A DNA stretch of 63,194 bases, the filler included, from Octopus bimaculoides (taxonomy: Eukaryota): NCBI RefSeq assembly GCF_001194135.2. It is 7 parts of 6 records of this genome, joined end to end, with 100 filler letters (N's around TTAATTAATTAA, not from the genome) between each part and the next. Parts side by side here need not be neighbours in the genome. Positions count along the whole stretch, not along the records: positions 1 to 2,932 come from NC_068981.1; positions 3,033 to 6,306 come from NC_068991.1; positions 6,407 to 28,512 come from NC_068987.1; 4 more parts are not named here. The stretch is one strand, 5' to 3'. Positions 1 to 10,784 of the stretch are shown piece by piece; within the stretch, counting starts at the first letter, position 1; every line of letters begins with the position of its first letter. A model generated the notes under the pieces. The model saw nothing but the letters and a program-made list of their open reading frames with translations, was not told the DNA's origin and made no database searches. The position numbers and the translations under genes are program-made.

Positions 1-257
1 ACAGGGTAAACCTAACCCTAACCCTAACCCTAACCCTGACCGTAACCCTGACCCTAACCCTAACACTAGTTTTGTGAGATTTGGCTGTTATTTCTAGCAT
101 GTAAATAGCCTGCTTGGTGGTGGGGGGGTAATTGAAATTTTTCAAAAAACTTTTTTTCAGAATCGGAATCGCCATAGCCTAAAACGTGGGATTCCGTAAA
201 AAAAAATTAATAAATAAGTGGGGGAAAGGTTCAGATTACATATAGTCCATCTCTACC
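1..257. mobile_element. Arm of a long inverted-repeat (fold-back/MITE-like) element with an adjacent degenerate (TAACCC)n tract at about 8-63
   Basis: 121-257 is the near reverse complement of 44966-45098 and a direct homologue of 45265-45385; 8-63 reads cctaaccctaaccctaaccc with variants. Confidence 0.7.
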
Positions 258-663
258 TAAAAAACAACGTTCACGTGCAATAAATTATTGGTGTCAAAGG
301 TTATAGGCTTTAACCCCATATCGAATCTATAAGATGAAAAATTGGTTTTAAATAACACGGTTAGAAACTTGAATTAATATAAATGAGAATCAAAATCCAA
401 ATGGAAGGACTAGAACAGTGTATAGGTGGATTTGTTATTTTTTTTTTTTTCCTTTTCTTTTTTAAGAAGAATCCTTCACATGTTAAGTAACTCAAAAGCT
501 AAATTTATTTCACTGAAAAGNNNNNNNNNNTTTGTATGAATCTGTAAATCGATCTTAGAATATTATTCTGTTTATAAACGGCACGGAAGCTGATCAGTAG
601 ACTACCGTTAGATTGTAACTTTGTCATTGACTTAGTATAATTAGGAAAAAATATACACATGTA

Positions 664-1088
664 GGCGTAGGAGTGGCTGTGTGGTAAGTAGCTTCCTTAC
701 CAACCACATGGTTTCGGGTTCAGTCCCACTGTGTGGCACCTTGGGCAAGTGTCTTCTACTATAGCCTCGGGCCGACCAAAGCCTTGTGAGTGGATTTGGT
801 AGACGGAAACTGAAAGAAGACCGTCGTATATATGTATGTATATATATATATACATGTATGTGTGTATGTGTTTGTGCGTCTGTGTTTGTCCCCCCAACGT
901 CGCTTGACAACCGATGCTGGTGTGTTTATGTCCCCGTAACTTAGCGGTTCGGCAGAAGAGACCGATAGAATAAGTACTAGGCTTCCAAACAATAAGTCCT
1001 GGGCTTGATTTGTTCGACTAAAGGCGGTGCTCCAGCATGGACACAGTAAAAAAACTGAAACAAGTAAAAGAGTAAAAGAGTAAAATAG
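664..1088 (+). mobile_element. tRNA-derived SINE, family A (full length)
   Basis: Head GGAGTGGCTGTGTGGTAAG...GGTTCAGTCCC (A/B-box-like), body with internal (TA)/(TG) tract, 3' (GTAAAAGA)n tail; near-identical to 32842-33227 and 60590-61180. Confidence 0.9.
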
Positions 1089-1770
1089 TATGTACGCAAA
1101 CATGCACACACATACAAACACACACAAGAGATGAAAGTCATGAGACAGGAGTATAAGGGACCATGCTTGACCGAACACTGCTCAGATGGATTGAAGACTT
1201 AGGGGGAGAAGGAGAAATTAAAAAAGTCAAAGGGACATAGAGAAGGTACAAGGGAGATAAAATACGAAAGTAGGTAGATTAAAGAAAGAGAAGGCCAATA
1301 ATTGTGAGAGAGGGGGAGGGAAAAAAAGAAAAGACGAAAGAAAGTATGAGGGGGAGTAAAAGAAAGGTTGAAAGAGTCGTACACAATTTAGACACGTACT
1401 TACAAGGTGAGCAAAAGTGTACGTACGCCGCAATTGTACATATAGCGAACCTAAGTCTTCACGCAGCGAGGACGGAATATGCATGTATAAATGTATGAAT
1501 GTACCTATGCTCCTTTTGTTTTTAATCATTTAAAATCTTCCTCTGAAGAAGGAGCTGGGTTCTAACAAAGATATAATGTTCCATCTTCGGAATGTAGACA
1601 AGGAAAACGATGACACATTTTAAACCTGAGAAATGTCTTGCATATGTAAGTGTATATGTATGTTTGCATGTATGTATATGTGTACGTATGTATAGATGTA
1701 TGTACGTATGCATGCATCTATGTATTTATCTATTTATCTATTTGTATATCTATCTATCTATCTATCTATA

Positions 1771-1801
<31 letters not shown>

Positions 1802-2061
1802 GTGCGTGTGTGTATGTATGTATGTATGTACTTATATATGTATGTATGTCGGGGATCACTGCAAATGAACATATTTTTAACATTGTATGACAGTCTTGTT
1901 GGCATCGTCACTTCCAGCTACGTGGTCTGATCATTAAGAATCCGGATTGTTAGCATAGCATCGAGGCAGAGGCATACAGAGTGAGGCCGCTCGGCACATA
2001 TTTACCTTAAACACTGCTGTGCATGCGCACTAAGTTTTAACGTACTCCTTCACGTTGTGTA

Positions 2062-2519
2062 CAGCAGTGCTTGGAAGAAAAGGGTGTATGGCGTGATCGT
2101 CGCATTGACCATGACAAAAATTTGAGCAGAGAATCTACTCAAAGTAGCATTTGTGCAGCTGAAAGCCGATTGCCTTTTTGGTAAGCTGAAAGCAGTTTTA
2201 ACACTAAATTGGCAAATACGTATCTCATATAAAAATTTTCAGTGAACTGAAATGTAACTAACATGCACATCCATCCTCTGATAACTCACAGATGGTGATT
2301 CGATGATTTCACCTCACAGCTGCACGCACATCTGCGTTGTTTTTCTCACTTGCGCTGGTTGTGGGTCAATATCGACACATTTCGGCCATCTTGGAAACGT
2401 CAGAGTACACGTATATTTTTGTGCAGCTCATACACTCCTCTCCATACACATTCTGCAAATTTGCGTAGGCCTCTGAGCAGGTATCGCCATGACAACCACC
2501 TTCATTCCAAGCACTGCTG
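2062..2519. mobile_element. Tc1/mariner/pogo-type MITE
   Basis: 15-bp perfect TIR CAGCAGTGCTTGGAA (2062-2076) / TTCCAAGCACTGCTG (2505-2519), TA on both flanks (2060-61, 2520-21). Confidence 0.7.
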
Positions 2520-2897
2520 TAAACAGCAGAAATGAACTAGAACGTTAAACCGTTGGGCGCATTCTCAGCAATGCTTGAGGTCAATTTGTGTGAGACGGCT
2601 TTACTCTGCATGCTTCAGATACTTATTGATCAGACCTCGTATTGCGTAAGTCTACCAAACCATTCTAAATACATATTTCATTTTTTAAATTGTTTCAATC
2701 ATTAATCTACAGTCATGCTGGAGGCATACCTTGGAGAAATGTAGCTGCACAAAACGACCCGCGAACCTTTTTAACGTCTGGTATTAATTCTACTTGTCTC
2801 TGTTGGCAAATCTCCAAGTTACCGAGACGCAAAGGCACAAACACAAGCACTCAAGCGGTGACGAGGTACACAAATAGAGACACATAGATGCATATAT

Positions 2898-2932
<35 letters not shown>

Positions 2933-3032
2933 NNNNNNNNNNNNNNNNNNNNNNNNNNNNNNNNNNNNNNNNNNNNTTAATTAATTAANNNNNNNNNNNN
3001 NNNNNNNNNNNNNNNNNNNNNNNNNNNNNNNN
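2933..3032. other. Artificial scaffold-joining spacer (44 N + TTAATTAATTAA + 44 N); also at 6307-6406, 28513-28612, 36438-36537, 51474-51573, 61911-62010
   Basis: Identical 100-bp layout six times; the 12-mer gives stops in all six frames. Confidence 0.97.
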
Positions 3033-3752
3033 CAGGCATAAATGTGCTGTCAGACGGACTTGTGTGAGGTGCGGGAAGAGTGACGAAACCGTCCTGTATG
3101 CCCTCGTTCAGTGTCCGGGCATTGCTGATTATGTTGAACAGCTGCTGTCACGTGTGGGACAGGTCCATCTGTCAGCTGAGTCTGTAGTGATGGTTGCACT
3201 GCCGCCCTCCTATCAGGCAGGCAAGACAGTTTTCCTTTGCCTGGTGTCTGTGACTAAAGAGGTTGTTTGGTGGGCAAAGCTGAAATGTGTGAGGACAGAT
3301 ACGTTCCTCTTTGGTAGAGCTCTCATTGAGTTTTTCAAGTTTCACTTGGAAAGGAAATTAAGAGTGGAGAGGGAAGTGCTGTCCTCGAATGAGTTTACTG
3401 AACGGTGGGTGAAAGTTGCGAAAATAGCAAGTGTGAATGGTACCTCTCTAAGTGTAGACCTTTGAGTCGGAGAAAAGGAATTGGAGAGGGCACCTGCTCC
3501 TGGGGTTTCAGGGAAATCTCAGACAGTGGGGTTCCTCGATTATCCCTAGAGACTTTCGTGTATCGGGAGGGTCACATCTCTATCATCCTCCCCCACTTTT
3601 CTGCCTTTATATTCTATGCATATGTCCTTTTTTCCAGTGTATACTGTGTATACATTCTTTTTATCATTTCATTATTATATGTAAATCCCCACACTTTATA
3701 TCTGTCTGTGTATTGTCCTCCTCACCTTTTGCCCTTGTAGCAAATAAATGAA
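3033..3752 (+). mobile_element. 3' end of Tx1/L1-clade LINE (ORF2 C-terminal zinc-binding domain plus 3' UTR)
   Basis: CVRCGKSDETVLYALVQCP (CxxC...ET..H...C-type motif), then KEVVWW...ERWV, stop at 3465, UTR ending AATAAATGAAAT before a (TTA)n tract. Confidence 0.85.
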
Positions 3753-3753
3753 A

Positions 3754-3756
<3 letters not shown>

Positions 3757-3827
<71 letters not shown>

Positions 3828-3830
3828 TAT
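3757..3830. repeat. (TTA)n microsatellite; other long simple tracts include (AAT)n about 6170-6306, (ATT)n about 17728-17812, (TTC)n about 19043-19123, (CTA)n about 19660-19736, (GAT)n about 60047-60089
   Basis: Directly visible. Confidence 0.98.
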
Positions 3831-5712
3831 TGATGTCAGTATGTGCATACAATAAATTTTTCTTGTTCGTAATAAGACTTTACTTTTCATACTTACCCTA
3901 TTTTAAAAATTTTATGTAGACCATATCACATTTAGAAGCTTATATTCGAACTAGTGTTGGAAGGCAGGAGTTTTTAAGGAAACAATGGGACATTAAATAC
4001 ACTGAGGCGAGAAAGAATTTTGTATTCAAAAGATGCGATTCATGAATTGGCATTTAACAATCTAAAATCGAGAAAGAGAGAAAGAGCGAGAGAGAGGGGG
4101 AAGAGAGGGAGGGATGGGAGAGGGAGAGCAACAGATAAAAGAAACATCATCACTGCACAATGAAAATAAAAACGGGGACGAAGAAGCCGAAGAAGTGAAA
4201 CAAAAAGTATTTTTAATGATATCACAATCTAAGAAATAGTCTTTGAATACAAGAATCTTTGAAATAAAAGATAATACATCTTGGAGAATGAATATATTTG
4301 ATGTCAGAAATAACTGTTCTTAATACTATTGTATTCTTATTCTTCATCGGGGTGGGGGGACTTTGGTCGGTGAATGTTTTGTCTTAGTTGTTTCTTCCGT
4401 GAAATAATACAAGTATCTGAAGAATTTAAGCATTGAGCCAAAAGATCGCAAATTGTTTACTTGACAGTTGTAGCTGGAAGTTTAAATTTCGTCTTTATCT
4501 CTTTAGAATCATTACGAGAATTACATTCTAACCAGATTCCAAGTGCATATAGCGGAAGTTAACTTGTATTAAAGCAATTATGTTTTTTAATCCTTTATTT
4601 TTCTTTTGTTTGCTTATGAATATATGTAAAGTATACAGGTTATTATGAGATAATAAATATAAAATCTAATTATGACGTCATTCGTTAAATAGTTTTCTCA
4701 GAACTATTTTAGAATGTACAAGCAGCAAGCGGGAATAATATAATCTCTCTGGTAGCACTGTTAAAGAAATACTTGATGATGAAGTCTTATAACGCTGAAA
4801 CATGTGTGTTGGGTTACCACCACATTATCAAATTAGGAATCACCCTTTAATGAATAGTTCACATTCCATATTTTATTAATTTTGATTCATTAAAGTTTCG
4901 ACATTGTTTTCCTCACTAGAAACGATTATTAATCTAATGAAATATTTCGCGCCTTATCAAGGGTGTAATTTTAAATGAATAACAATTCTTGATTCCCTAC
5001 ACTAACTATTTTAATAACAGCCTTACTCTTTGGTTTTCGTGCAGAGTATGTACCTGCAGTGTTTTGTAATTTGTTTTCATATTTTTTCTTTTGTTTTTTT
5101 CTTTTTATTCGTTTGATAGTTTGTACATGTGCGTTAAATATGGAGTTTATTACAATACATATAAAATCAATAGATTAACACGTCACCTAATGTAATATAT
5201 AAGGCTTCATTAGGAATACTACTGGCCTTAAAAGACTTTAGATTTATAACTTGCACATAACAGTCATATGTAATTGCGGTGAAGCTTACAGATGACATTG
5301 TAAGAGTCATACAGTGATATTAAGAGATTCACTTCAGCATAGAAATAAGGAAATTGTCTAAAATAAATGAGCTGAGTGTGGGTGCAGAAGACTTCAACTC
5401 GTCATAGAAATTTAATGAAACACTCAAGATATAATTAATGACTATATTGTGGATGCATAATTGTCGTCTGCTAACGTTGTAAGAGGCTTTTAAAATAATC
5501 TTCCTTGTACGTTACAGCCATGTGTAGCCTCAGTTAACGTTGCTGTATTACAATATTGATTTTAGTCAGTGTTATACTTGCATAGAACATAGGATTGTCT
5601 GAGTATGATAACATGATCGATACCTAATATTTTATATTTTCGTTGTCGCAAAGCAATGACATTTATTTTCCGCAGAGCCACAAGGCTTGAAATTTTTGAG
5701 GGGAAGTTAGTT

Positions 5713-5968
5713 CAGTGGTTCTCAACAAGACTCCACATGATCATTGGGTGGTGGAGCATATGAGAATTTATTATTAAAATTTATGCGCAATGAATTGGTT
5801 ATACTTTTACAATACAACAAAATAATTTTAACACTTTTCAAATAAATTCCTAATGATAACTATAAAAATATAATAGAATTTTTTTAAACATTAGAAGGTT
5901 ATAAGAGACCGTTAGAGCGAAATAGGAATCAAAGGGGTCCAAAAGCAAAATGTAGTAGGGAACCATTG
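5713..5968. mobile_element. hAT (Charlie-like) MITE inserted in a family-B SINE remnant
   Basis: Begins CAGTGGTTCTCAAC, ends GGGAACCATTG (imperfect TIR); flanks continue the family-B SINE sequence; no clean 8-bp TSD. Confidence 0.65.
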
Positions 5969-6169
5969 GGTCACTTGAATAGATCGATCTTCTGTACGTT
6001 AGGGTACTTTATTGCATCATAGTAGAAGAATAAAATGTAAGGCTAACATCGGTGGAATTTGAACTCCTCTACAAGTAAAAAGCCAGAAGGTCAACAACAA
6101 AGCATTTTGTCTAATACTCTCACGAGTTTGCCATTCTACCTCCTTCATGATAACGACAACAACAACATC

Positions 6170-6213
<44 letters not shown>

Positions 6214-6224
6214 TAATAATGATG

Positions 6225-6306
<82 letters not shown>

Positions 6307-6406
6307 NNNNNNNNNNNNNNNNNNNNNNNNNNNNNNNNNNNNNNNNNNNNTTAATTAATTAANNNNNNNNNNNNNNNNNNNNNNNNNNNNNNNNNNNNNN
6401 NNNNNN

Positions 6407-6451
<45 letters not shown>

Positions 6452-6879
6452 TATACATACATACATGTATATATATGTATGTGCGCAAGCGTGTCTGTAT
6501 GTGCTTATATACATATACGTATATATATATTAAGCCTCCAGACTTCGTCTCTAGGCCATTTTATCTTTCGTATTCCCTCTTCCTTTTGTTTATTTTGGGA
6601 CGCTTTTGCATTCACTCTGATGAAGCTCCATGTTCTAGTTCGAATATCCTATGAAGATGAAGAATATTTTTCTCGCAGTTATTTCGTAGGCACTGACAGG
6701 CATCGGAACCGGAAACAGCCGTAAGAATTGTTATCTCACATAAATGTTATATCATGTTTCGTATTAAATTAGCTATAGATGTAGTTAAATTGATTTGTTT
6801 GTTGATCTAAAGTTTTCTCCATTTTCTAATTATTTATATGTGTGTGTGGATATGTTTATATCAATTATTAAAAAAATAA

Positions 6880-7022
6880 CCTTACTTCTCAAAAAAACAT
6901 GGTTCTGGGTTCAGTCCTACAGAATGGCACCTTGGGCAAGTATTTTGTACTATAGCCTTGTGCCGATCAAAGCTTTGTGAGTGGATTTGGTAGACGGAAA
7001 CTGAAAGAAGCACGTCGTCTAT
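6880..7022 (+). mobile_element. Family A SINE, 5' fragment (other degenerate + copies about 10968-11180, 14700-15035, 25420-25750, 40594-40750, 53262-53560)
   Basis: GGTTCTGGGTTCAGTCC...GGCACCTTGGGCAAG...GTGGATTTGGTAGACGGAAACTGAAAGAAG as in 664-1088. Confidence 0.85.
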
Positions 7023-7124
7023 ACATATATCAACATGTGCATGTCTTTGAGTTTGTAATTTGTGATTGTAAATTCCTGGAAAGTGAAGAGCTTGAGGAGA
7101 CGGAGAGAAGGGGATGGATAAGAT

Positions 7125-7335
7125 ATATACGTGAAGCTGTCTGAAATTTTGGTAGAGGGGACCAGTTGATTATATTAACACAAGTGGTCGACTGAAATCT
7201 GTTTCATCGTCCCCGAAACGGTAAATGCAAAGTTGATCTAGCCCGGATTTCAACTCGGAACGTAAAGACGGATTAAAGCTGCTAAGCATATTGTTTGGCG
7301 TGCAGACGATTCTTCCTTGTCGTCACCTTCATGTG
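7125..7335 (-). mobile_element. tRNA-derived SINE, family B (other minus copies about 25855-25990, 36540-36650, 59085-59150; plus copies about 19550-19660, 24580-24720, 58048-58235)
   Basis: Shared GGCGAGCTGGCAGAATCGTTAGCAC...TTCTGAGTTCAAATTCCGCC(G)AGGTCGACTTTGCCTTTCATCC consensus with B-box-like GTTCAAATTCC. Confidence 0.8.
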
Positions 7336-7903
7336 AAACTGAGAATGGGGAACGATCGTTGTAATGTAGCCACGATTCAGTTGTGCTCTCACAGATGTAT
7401 TATAAAATATTGCTCAATATCCTCTTCCCCTTTTCCCATGCATAATATCCCTAGACGTTGTACACATTTTCTTACAGAAAAACACGATAGATTTACAGGA
7501 AGAAAAGAAAGAAAAAGTAACTTTGAAATCATAACAGATCAAATAATCGAGAAAGAGAAAAAAACCATAACTCCCTCACCAAGGAAACAAAGAAAAGAAA
7601 AAAGCTCGATGTGAGGGACAGTTAGCTGTTAGAACAATTGTGTAAATTCTCCCACGTTGTTTCTTTGCAGAACGTATGTTGACTTGTTCTTTTTCTCTGC
7701 CGCTCTTACGAGACAAAGAGATTGACTGTGGGCAGGCAGGTTGGCACCTTACAACACGCCAACTGTAACAATCGAATGCAATAATGTATATTTTAAAAAA
7801 AAGAGAAATAACGCTTTTCTTTATATTTTATATATGAGGTCCCGGATGGTACATTGTACCAGTTGTATAGATGTATATATAAGTACTGACATCATATATA
7901 CAT

Positions 7904-7980
<77 letters not shown>

Positions 7981-8071
7981 NNNNNNNNNNTATATATATA
8001 TATATATATAATTATAATTCTTACATTATATATAGAGAGAGAGAGCGAGAGAGAGAGAGAGAGAGAGAGAA

Positions 8072-8106
<35 letters not shown>

Positions 8107-8178
8107 AGGAAAGAGAGAGAGAAAGAGAGAGAGAGAAAGAAAGAGAGAGAGAGAGAGAGACAGACAGACAGGGATACG

Positions 8179-8216
<38 letters not shown>

Positions 8217-8246
8217 GCGTGAAGACAAACATGTATATGCACACAG

Positions 8247-8317
<71 letters not shown>

Positions 8318-8831
8318 CACTCACACATATATATATACATGCGTACACACACGCAGATACATACATACACACATATGCATACGTGCTTGCATATGTGACT
8401 GCTTCTCTGGTGTGCGTGTGGGGCGGGGATTGCTTGCTAATGTTATGTGACTTGAAAATGTCAATAGATAAATTTTTGAGTGTCTGCATAACTGGAAGCG
8501 AATTATGTGATCTTGTACGAAATATATGTATATTTTGAATGTATTTGTAGAATTTGTGAAAATGAAGCACCAACTGTAAATGTCATAACTGAAAAATAAT
8601 TAAAAATATAATTACAAAATCTAATTGAAATGAGATCTAAAATATTCGATAGAATTCAGTTATTTTGGAATGCAAATATCTGAATATCTGGTTGTTGAGA
8701 ATGTCGTTCACTACTGGATATTTAGCAGAGTAATAAAATATTGTTATATTGGTGTGTAAATATAAATACAAGCGTTCGGCTTTCGACTTATATACAATTA
8801 TGTTATATAGAGCTTTATATTTACCAGATCA

Positions 8832-8864
<33 letters not shown>

Positions 8865-8874
8865 GGGAGAATAT

Positions 8875-9062
8875 ACGAAAAAACAACAACAGACAAGGAC
8901 AGGTGGTGTAAATAACAAAAGGATGTATTAGTATGACGCTCGGGAATACAGAAAGTCTTTGACGTTTCGAGCTACGCTCTTCAACAGAAAGAATACGGAG
9001 ACAAGGAGAAAAACACGGAGAAAAAAATTGAATAGTGTTCAGTCAACGGTCAATCATAATAA
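8875..9062 (-). mobile_element. Probable Penelope-like element terminal fragment containing a hammerhead-like motif; homologous fragment about 20505-20585
   Basis: ACAACAGAC-AAGGACAGGTG...GTATTAGTATGACGCTCGGGAA shared with 20510-20570; minus strand has CTGTTGAAGAGCGTAGCTCGAAACGTC. The Penelope assignment is inference from the motif. Confidence 0.5.
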
Positions 9063-9310
9063 TATANNNNNNNNNNNNNNNNNNNNNNNNNNNNNNNNNN
9101 NNNNNNNNNNNNNNNNNNNNNNNNNNNNNNNNNNNNNNNNNNNNNNNNNNNNNNNNNNNNNNNNNNNNNNNNNNNNNNNNNNNNNNNNNNNNNNNNNNNN
9201 NNATATATATAATTATGATATATATATACGTATACATAACAGCCTACTAACAACTCTACCTGTACGTATTTAAAATGTGGGTATATAAAGTGATTGGTAA
9301 AAATGATGAT

Positions 9311-9720
9311 CTAGATCGGAACAAGTGAACAGGTGCTGTTAGGACTGGTTGTGATGCCAGGGAGAAAAAGATGACGCAACACTCTGAACTTAAGAGCGCA
9401 TGTCGCAAAGGAATAATTGGAACTGTAATCAACAGGGAACATTGGATATATATATATTACACGTGACCGTGTACTGTTGTCAAAAACAGGATACCTAAAC
9501 GATATGACGTCACATGAAAACCGTAATGCCCAGACACGTGATGATCTTGGACACCAACCACTTCTTACGACTTGCGTCATGTGTCAAAAAACATGTAAGA
9601 CAATATCTGAACTTAAAAGTCATTTAAAGGCTCATCAACGGAGTGATTATGTTGTGTGATGGGATGTGGGGTGTGTGCTGATGGGACGGCTATCATCTCT
9701 CAAGATGAAGCAATCACCCC
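9311..9720 (+). mobile_element. Decayed 3' end of RTE-type LINE with C-terminal C2H2-like finger
   Basis: LDRNK..AVRTGCDAREKK..HSELK..RK, then CVMCQKTCKTISELKSHLKAH, then GGGACGGCTATCATC and a simple-repeat tail. Confidence 0.7.
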
Positions 9721-10743
9721 CCCCCACACACACACACACACATACACACATATATATGTATGTATGCGAATATGTTAGGATGGTTAGTGCGGCGCTCCGA
9801 ATTTAGTAATGAAATATATAAATAGAAGATAGAAGCGATTACAGAAAAAGTATGAAAGACTGATAATTATGGAAATCATCTAATCAGCCATAGAGACCAG
9901 TTTCAAGTGCAATTTCTGTCCGTTTAATGTCCGAAGACATTCAATTCCTCTGTACTATTCGTCTGGTTTTCCAGTGAAATTGGGATGATGTTTGCTAGTA
10001 CATTCAGCGGAGAGAGACCTCCAGTTTAACAACAAATTTGTATAATTCATTCACATACTATCGACTGTGAACGGTAGTGTTTGCTTCATGCTCTCTATGA
10101 GTGAAAATATCGATATGTAAATATTTAAAATTGGTGCCAATTATTCGTAGAATTTTTCATAAATTGCTCTAAACTCAATATTACCATCGTGAGACAAACT
10201 TCAGGAGTCACTCATGTTAAAACAGGAATAAGCAGTTGAAATTAGTCGAGTCGTTTGAATGAATGTTCGTTCTGCAGGATAACCTTAGCATCTCATTGCA
10301 ACGCAATTGTGAATGAGTGAATGTTTAAGCATTTAACACATGCATATTAACTTAATCACAATAAATTCACACACAAACCCATACACGCACACGCACACGC
10401 ACACTGACAGACAAAGGATATCTGATATCCTTTGACCTTTTAGCGATATTCTATTTAGAATCGGGTGCCATTTATTTGTCGAAGTGTAAGACTGGAATTT
10501 CTGATGGTTGAGTGGCTACATTCAAAGGCAAAGCAATATCAAGTTGAGAAAAAACAAGGATAGGTTTGCCGTTAATGATTTTGCTAAATTTATTCATAGT
10601 TTACTAAGTGATTGGCGGTAATGGATTTGCTAAATTTAGTCTAGACTTTTCACACCCCCTCACGCACACACACGTACGCACACGCACCCGCATATACACA
10701 CACACGTATATTTATATATAAGTGTGTGTGTGTAAATAGATGC

Positions 10744-10784
<41 letters not shown>

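Noticed and set aside
8-63. True telomere
   Set aside because: Short, degenerate, and attached to a dispersed inverted-repeat element
664-760. tRNA genes at SINE heads (also 21215, 49061, 57468)
   Set aside because: Only A/B-box-like remnants without a cloverleaf, each continuing into a SINE body
4500-4562. Strong acceptor followed by SLRELHSNQIPS (LRR-like)
   Set aside because: No good donor, stop follows, motif incomplete
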